From NCBI GenBank assembly GCA_902783315.1, contig CACZQK010000019.1:1-51863 (forward strand): 51,863 nt of DNA, written 5' to 3'. This document shows positions 48,413 to 51,863 of the stretch, one piece after another. The notes under the pieces were generated by a model that worked only from the letters and a program-made list of their open reading frames with translations, had not been told where the DNA came from and did no database searches. Position 1 is the stretch's first letter. The number at the start of each line of letters is the position of its first letter. The translations under genes were made by a program, and so were the position numbers. This stretch comes from an uncultured Erysipelotrichaceae bacterium. GTDB lineage: Bacteria > Bacillota_I > Bacilli_A > RF39 > UBA660.

Positions 48413-49549
48413 TTAAAAACTACCAAATAACACCCCTTTTATAGAATCAAAAAACAATTCTAAAAAGGAAAGTTTTCGAACATCTTCACTACTAATAAGT
48501 GAAGCACTTGAAATAACTTTATTTCCATTTTTAGCTTGAATAATCCCCAATACATCACCCTTCTTAATAGGAAAAGACAATTTTCTTAGTTTTACATTAT
48601 AAGTATACATATTTTTTTTATTTGGAGACTCAATAACATTTAAATCATCTTTTAAAATATAAAATATTCTTTTAGGGTCAGTTTTAGAAAAAGAAACATT
48701 TTTTACAATACTACCCTTTTTTTTCAAAGTCTTCATCTTAATACTTTGAAATCCATAATCAAGTAAACTCATAGTTTCTTGATTGCGAACTTTACTATTT
48801 TTTTCGCCCAAAGTAATAGCAATAAGCCGCAAATTGCCCCTCTGTACTGTAGCAGCCAAGCAATAACCAGCATCATCAGTATGTCCTGTTTTTAGTCCAT
48901 CAGCCCCTTCATATTGACTAACCAATTTATTAGTATTAACAAGCCAAAATTTTCGTTCAGTATCTTTACGAAGATAATCTTCATAAATAGATGAGAATCG
49001 AAGAATTTCTGGATATTTCATCAACAATTCACGAGCAATAACTGCCATATCATAACTACTAGAATAATGATTTTCTTCATCAAGTCCAGTACAATTTTGA
49101 AAGTGAGTATGTTTTAGTCCTAGTTTTTTTACTTTCTGATTCATTCTTTCAACAAATTTTTCTTCTGTTCCACTAATATACTCAGCCATAGCTACTGTAG
49201 CATCGTTTCCACTCGCAACACTGATTCCTTTCATTAAATCTTCAACGCTCATTTTTTCACCAGTTTCCAAATAAATTTGACTTCCACCCATAGAACTAGC
49301 ATTTTGACTAACTGTAACAATATCATCCCATTTAATTTTTTTAGATCGAATTTCTTCCAAAATAATAATTTGAGCAACCATCTTTGTCATAGAGGCAACA
49401 CTAACCTCTTTATCTTTTTCTTTTTCAAAAACAACTTTACCAGTACTAAATTCCATTAATAGTCCACTTTCTGCATTTGGAAGAAAATCCTCTGCAAATA
49501 CGGAATATGGAAGCAGTAAAAGAAAAAGAAATATTCCTATTTTTCTCAT
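48413..49549 (-). CDS. dacF: D-alanyl-D-alanine carboxypeptidase (S11), DacF-like
   Basis: SMTK, SGN, KTG motifs; FWLVNTNKL typical of DacF. Confidence 0.85.
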   Translation of the reverse strand: MRKIGIFLFLLLLPYSVFAEDFLPNAESGLLMEFSTGKVVFEKEKDKEVSVASMTKMVAQIIILEEIRSKKIKWDDIVTVSQNASSMGGSQIYLETGEKMSVEDLMKGISVASGNDATVAMAEYISGTEEKFVERMNQKVKKLGLKHTHFQNCTGLDEENHYSSSYDMAVIARELLMKYPEILRFSSIYEDYLRKDTERKFWLVNTNKLVSQYEGADGLKTGHTDDAGYCLAATVQRGNLRLIAITLGEKNSKVRNQETMSLLDYGFQSIKMKTLKKKGSIVKNVSFSKTDPKRIFYILKDDLNVIESPNKKNMYTYNVKLRKLSFPIKKGDVLGIIQAKNGNKVISSASLISSEDVRKLSFLELFFDSIKGVLFGSF

Positions 49550-49634
49550 AAATCCTCCTATCATTTTTTATGTAAATCATAGAAAAATTATTCATAAAAT
49601 AAGAATTTAATGCTATGATAAATTAGGTGATAAA

Positions 49635-50540
49635 ATGAAAAATAGAAAAAAAAGAAAATTAAAAATAAAAAATATAATAATAGTTTTAATAGTCTTTTTA
49701 ACATTAGGACTCACAATGCAAGCAATTGTAAAAAGCAATCCCAAAAAGCAAAAAGAAGAAAAAAACGAAGTAAAAACAAAAAAAAAGGCATTAACAGAAC
49801 AAGAGGAAAAATACAAAGAATTAAACAACATTAATAAGAAACTAGATTATTTTAAAGATGATTATTTAGAAAGATATTTAAAATATAAGAAAAATAACCA
49901 AAACCTTACAGATGAACAAATTATTAAAAATGTAAATATGAATTTAGATTTAGAAAAGTATGAACAAAAACAACCAGCAAAATACCTAAATACAGAAAAA
50001 ATATTAGTAAATAAATATTACTATTTAGAACCTGACTATGTTCCAGAAAACCTCGAACCAATAGATAGTCAATATGCAAATAGTAACATGAAAATGGTAA
50101 AAATAGCAAAAGAAGCTTTTGAAAAACTTGCTACTGCAGCAAAAAAAGAGAACTTAAATATCATTGCTATGTCCACTTATAGAAGCTACGATTATCAAAC
50201 AAAATTATATGATAGATATGTTCAACAAGACGGGAAAGAAAATGCCGATACTTATTCTGGAAGACCAGGACACTCTGAACATCAAACAGGTCTAGCCGCT
50301 GATGTTTACAACAAAATAGAACCCTATACAAATTTTGAAAAAACTAAAGAATTTGAATGGATGCAAGAACATGCCCATGAATATGGCTTTATTTTAAGAT
50401 TTCCAAAAGATAAAGTTGATGAAACAGGATATCAATTTGAATCATGGCACTATAGATATGTAGGGCTTGAAACTGCTAAATACATAAAAGAACAGAATAT
50501 TTCGTTTGAAGAATATTATGCAACTATAATAGACAAATAA
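49635..50540 (+). CDS. M15B (VanY/LdcB-like) zinc carboxypeptidase
   Basis: STYRSY, SEHQTGLAAD, ESWHYRYVG; N-terminal anchor. Confidence 0.9.
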   Translation: MKNRKKRKLKIKNIIIVLIVFLTLGLTMQAIVKSNPKKQKEEKNEVKTKKKALTEQEEKYKELNNINKKLDYFKDDYLERYLKYKKNNQNLTDEQIIKNVNMNLDLEKYEQKQPAKYLNTEKILVNKYYYLEPDYVPENLEPIDSQYANSNMKMVKIAKEAFEKLATAAKKENLNIIAMSTYRSYDYQTKLYDRYVQQDGKENADTYSGRPGHSEHQTGLAADVYNKIEPYTNFEKTKEFEWMQEHAHEYGFILRFPKDKVDETGYQFESWHYRYVGLETAKYIKEQNISFEEYYATIIDK

Positions 50541-50549
50541 AAATATGGA

Positions 50550-51122
50550 TTAACCATATTTTTTCTTTAAAAAACAATACAAATGATAAAAACCTGTAAA
50601 CACTAACCAAAAAAGTAATATAAAATTACTAATTTGTACAAAACATAAAATCGTATTATTTTGATATAACTTAGCAATATCTATCAAATCTACTCCATCA
50701 TAAGCCGCTAAAGCAACAAAGGACATAAATAGAAAATATAAAATGCTAAAAAAGAAATAATTAAATATTTTCTTAAATAATGTCATTTTCTTACTAAACA
50801 GAGTCCATAAAATCATAGTCGTTACAAAAACAATAATAAAAAAATAAATAACTGTAGATGGAAAATAGACGTAATTCATAATAGCCTTTACAAAAGAATG
50901 AACACAAGTTTTTACATATGTTGTATAGCTAATTAATATTCCAATCAAAAAGCCAATATAAACACCAATAGCTAATCTTTCAACAAAATGATTTTTACGC
51001 TTTAAATTAACAGTTAAAATAATAAATAATAAAAGGCTTAACATGAATATCTCGATAGAAAGAAAAGAAGAAAATACATATTGAAAAATAACACCCAATT
51101 TTTCTAAAAAAGACAAATCCAT
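50550..51122 (-). CDS. Hypothetical polytopic membrane protein
   Basis: About five TM segments; GAGGGTG RBS; follows sortase. Confidence 0.7.
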   Translation of the reverse strand: MDLSFLEKLGVIFQYVFSSFLSIEIFMLSLLLFIILTVNLKRKNHFVERLAIGVYIGFLIGILISYTTYVKTCVHSFVKAIMNYVYFPSTVIYFFIIVFVTTMILWTLFSKKMTLFKKIFNYFFFSILYFLFMSFVALAAYDGVDLIDIAKLYQNNTILCFVQISNFILLFWLVFTGFYHLYCFLKKKYG

Positions 51123-51135
51123 GTAATCACCCTCT

Positions 51136-51804
51136 CTAGCCAACTAGTTCAGAAATATAAACAGTTTGGGTATAATCATTGTTTTTTGTACAAGTAACCA
51201 TTGTCAAAGTCGTTCTAAACTTATTCCTTTGAATAGAAACTATACCATTTTTTTCAACCTCATAGATATTTACAAGTTGATATTCATATCTCCTACCACC
51301 ATAAGTAACATAAATCATATCGCCTACATTTAAACGATACAAATAAGCAAAATAAGAAATATAGGCATCACCAGAATGCGCCATTAAAATTAAATTTCCA
51401 TTTTCAACATCTGGTAATGTAGAACCTTGTACCATTGTAACATTATACTGAATATTATTATATTTTGAACCAACGTTATAAAAACCCCTCTTTAAACCAA
51501 TTCGTGGTATTTCTAAAACTGCCAAATATTTACTATAATCAACAACATAACTATTATTATTAGTTTCATTATCTACATTTTCAACAATAGGAACATCTTC
51601 AACTGTATCAGTAACAGCATTTTCATCAGAATAATCATCCATCATAGCAATTCGCATATCTGAATAAACTTCATCACGTAGACGGATAATTTCATTCCAT
51701 GAAAGAGAAATAATTCCCATAAAAATAAGGAAAGAGCCAATCAATAATATATGGCTCTTTTTAATTTTATTGTTGCTTACTCTTAACCGGTTTTGCATTT
51801 GCAT
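51136..51804 (-). CDS. Sortase (non-class-B)
   Basis: LEIPRIGL, LILMAHSG, L-x-VGD, TMVTC; start uncertain. Confidence 0.88.
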   Translation of the reverse strand: MQMQNRLRVSNNKIKKSHILLIGSFLIFMGIISLSWNEIIRLRDEVYSDMRIAMMDDYSDENAVTDTVEDVPIVENVDNETNNNSYVVDYSKYLAVLEIPRIGLKRGFYNVGSKYNNIQYNVTMVQGSTLPDVENGNLILMAHSGDAYISYFAYLYRLNVGDMIYVTYGGRRYEYQLVNIYEVEKNGIVSIQRNKFRTTLTMVTCTKNNDYTQTVYISELVG

Positions 51805-51863
51805 AAACAATGCCGACACCACATAATAGTATAATTAAACCAATAAAGTAAATTGTTTGAGCA
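51767..51863 (-). CDS. C-terminal end of a probable sortase substrate (partial)
   Basis: ...AQTIYFIGLIILLCGVGIVYANAKPVKSKQQ*: hydrophobic helix plus basic tail, overlapping sortase start; LPxTG would lie outside window. Confidence 0.6.
   Translation of the reverse strand, partial: AQTIYFIGLIILLCGVGIVYANAKPVKSKQQ

Noticed and set aside
3991-50109. Short antisense or out-of-frame ORFs in the track (e.g. 3991-4347, 7446-7631, 24075-24518, 40646-41005, 44168-44401, 49613-49831)
   Set aside because: They overlap well-supported genes, lack RBS or motifs, and look like shadow frames
1-51863. Alternative genetic code (AGG/CGG reassignment or TGA=Trp, known in some low-GC Bacilli and Mollicutes)
   Set aside because: CGG encodes the conserved Arg in Tex SIGRRLQD, AGG the conserved Arg in NrdD INMPRI, and TGA terminates intact genes such as sigF and prkC
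1-51863. CRISPR arrays, rRNA/tRNA genes, transposases, prophage genes
   Set aside because: No regularly spaced repeats, GC-rich structural RNA or mobile-element motifs seen; dut and nrd genes sit in a chromosomal context

Overview
AT-rich chromosomal segment from a low-GC, spore-forming Bacillota genome. Gene content and style suggest an uncultured reduced-genome Bacilli lineage such as RF39 (inference). Standard code 11 is supported by conserved Arg at CGG/AGG codons. Almost all genes are on the minus strand. Contents: scpB/scpA, a class B sortase, sigF-spoVAC-spoVAD-spoVAE, an anaerobic ribonucleotide reductase operon, tex, an LTA-synthase-like sulfatase, a 3D-domain protein, the priA-fmt-rlmN-prpC-prkC-rsgA-rpe cluster, rpsP-khpA, cdsA-rseP, miaB-ymcA-cotE, ydjGHI-like genes, a Ser T-box-dipeptidase-serS unit, spoVS, dacF, an M15B carboxypeptidase and a second sortase. 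The best candidate for an undescribed system is the RNR operon: a 652-aa NrdD paralog lacking all catalytic residues but keeping its ATP-cone is translationally coupled to nrdG, followed by an intact NrdD with a fused CPNC redoxin domain, trxB and dUTPase. Also notable are a sigF without spoIIAA/AB that has tandem Spo0A boxes, an atypical T-box terminator, a catalytically dead SGNH protein, orphans replacing def/rsmB, and unannotated microproteins. No CRISPR array, rRNA, tRNA or transposase was seen. All calls come from motif recognition by eye; no searches were run.
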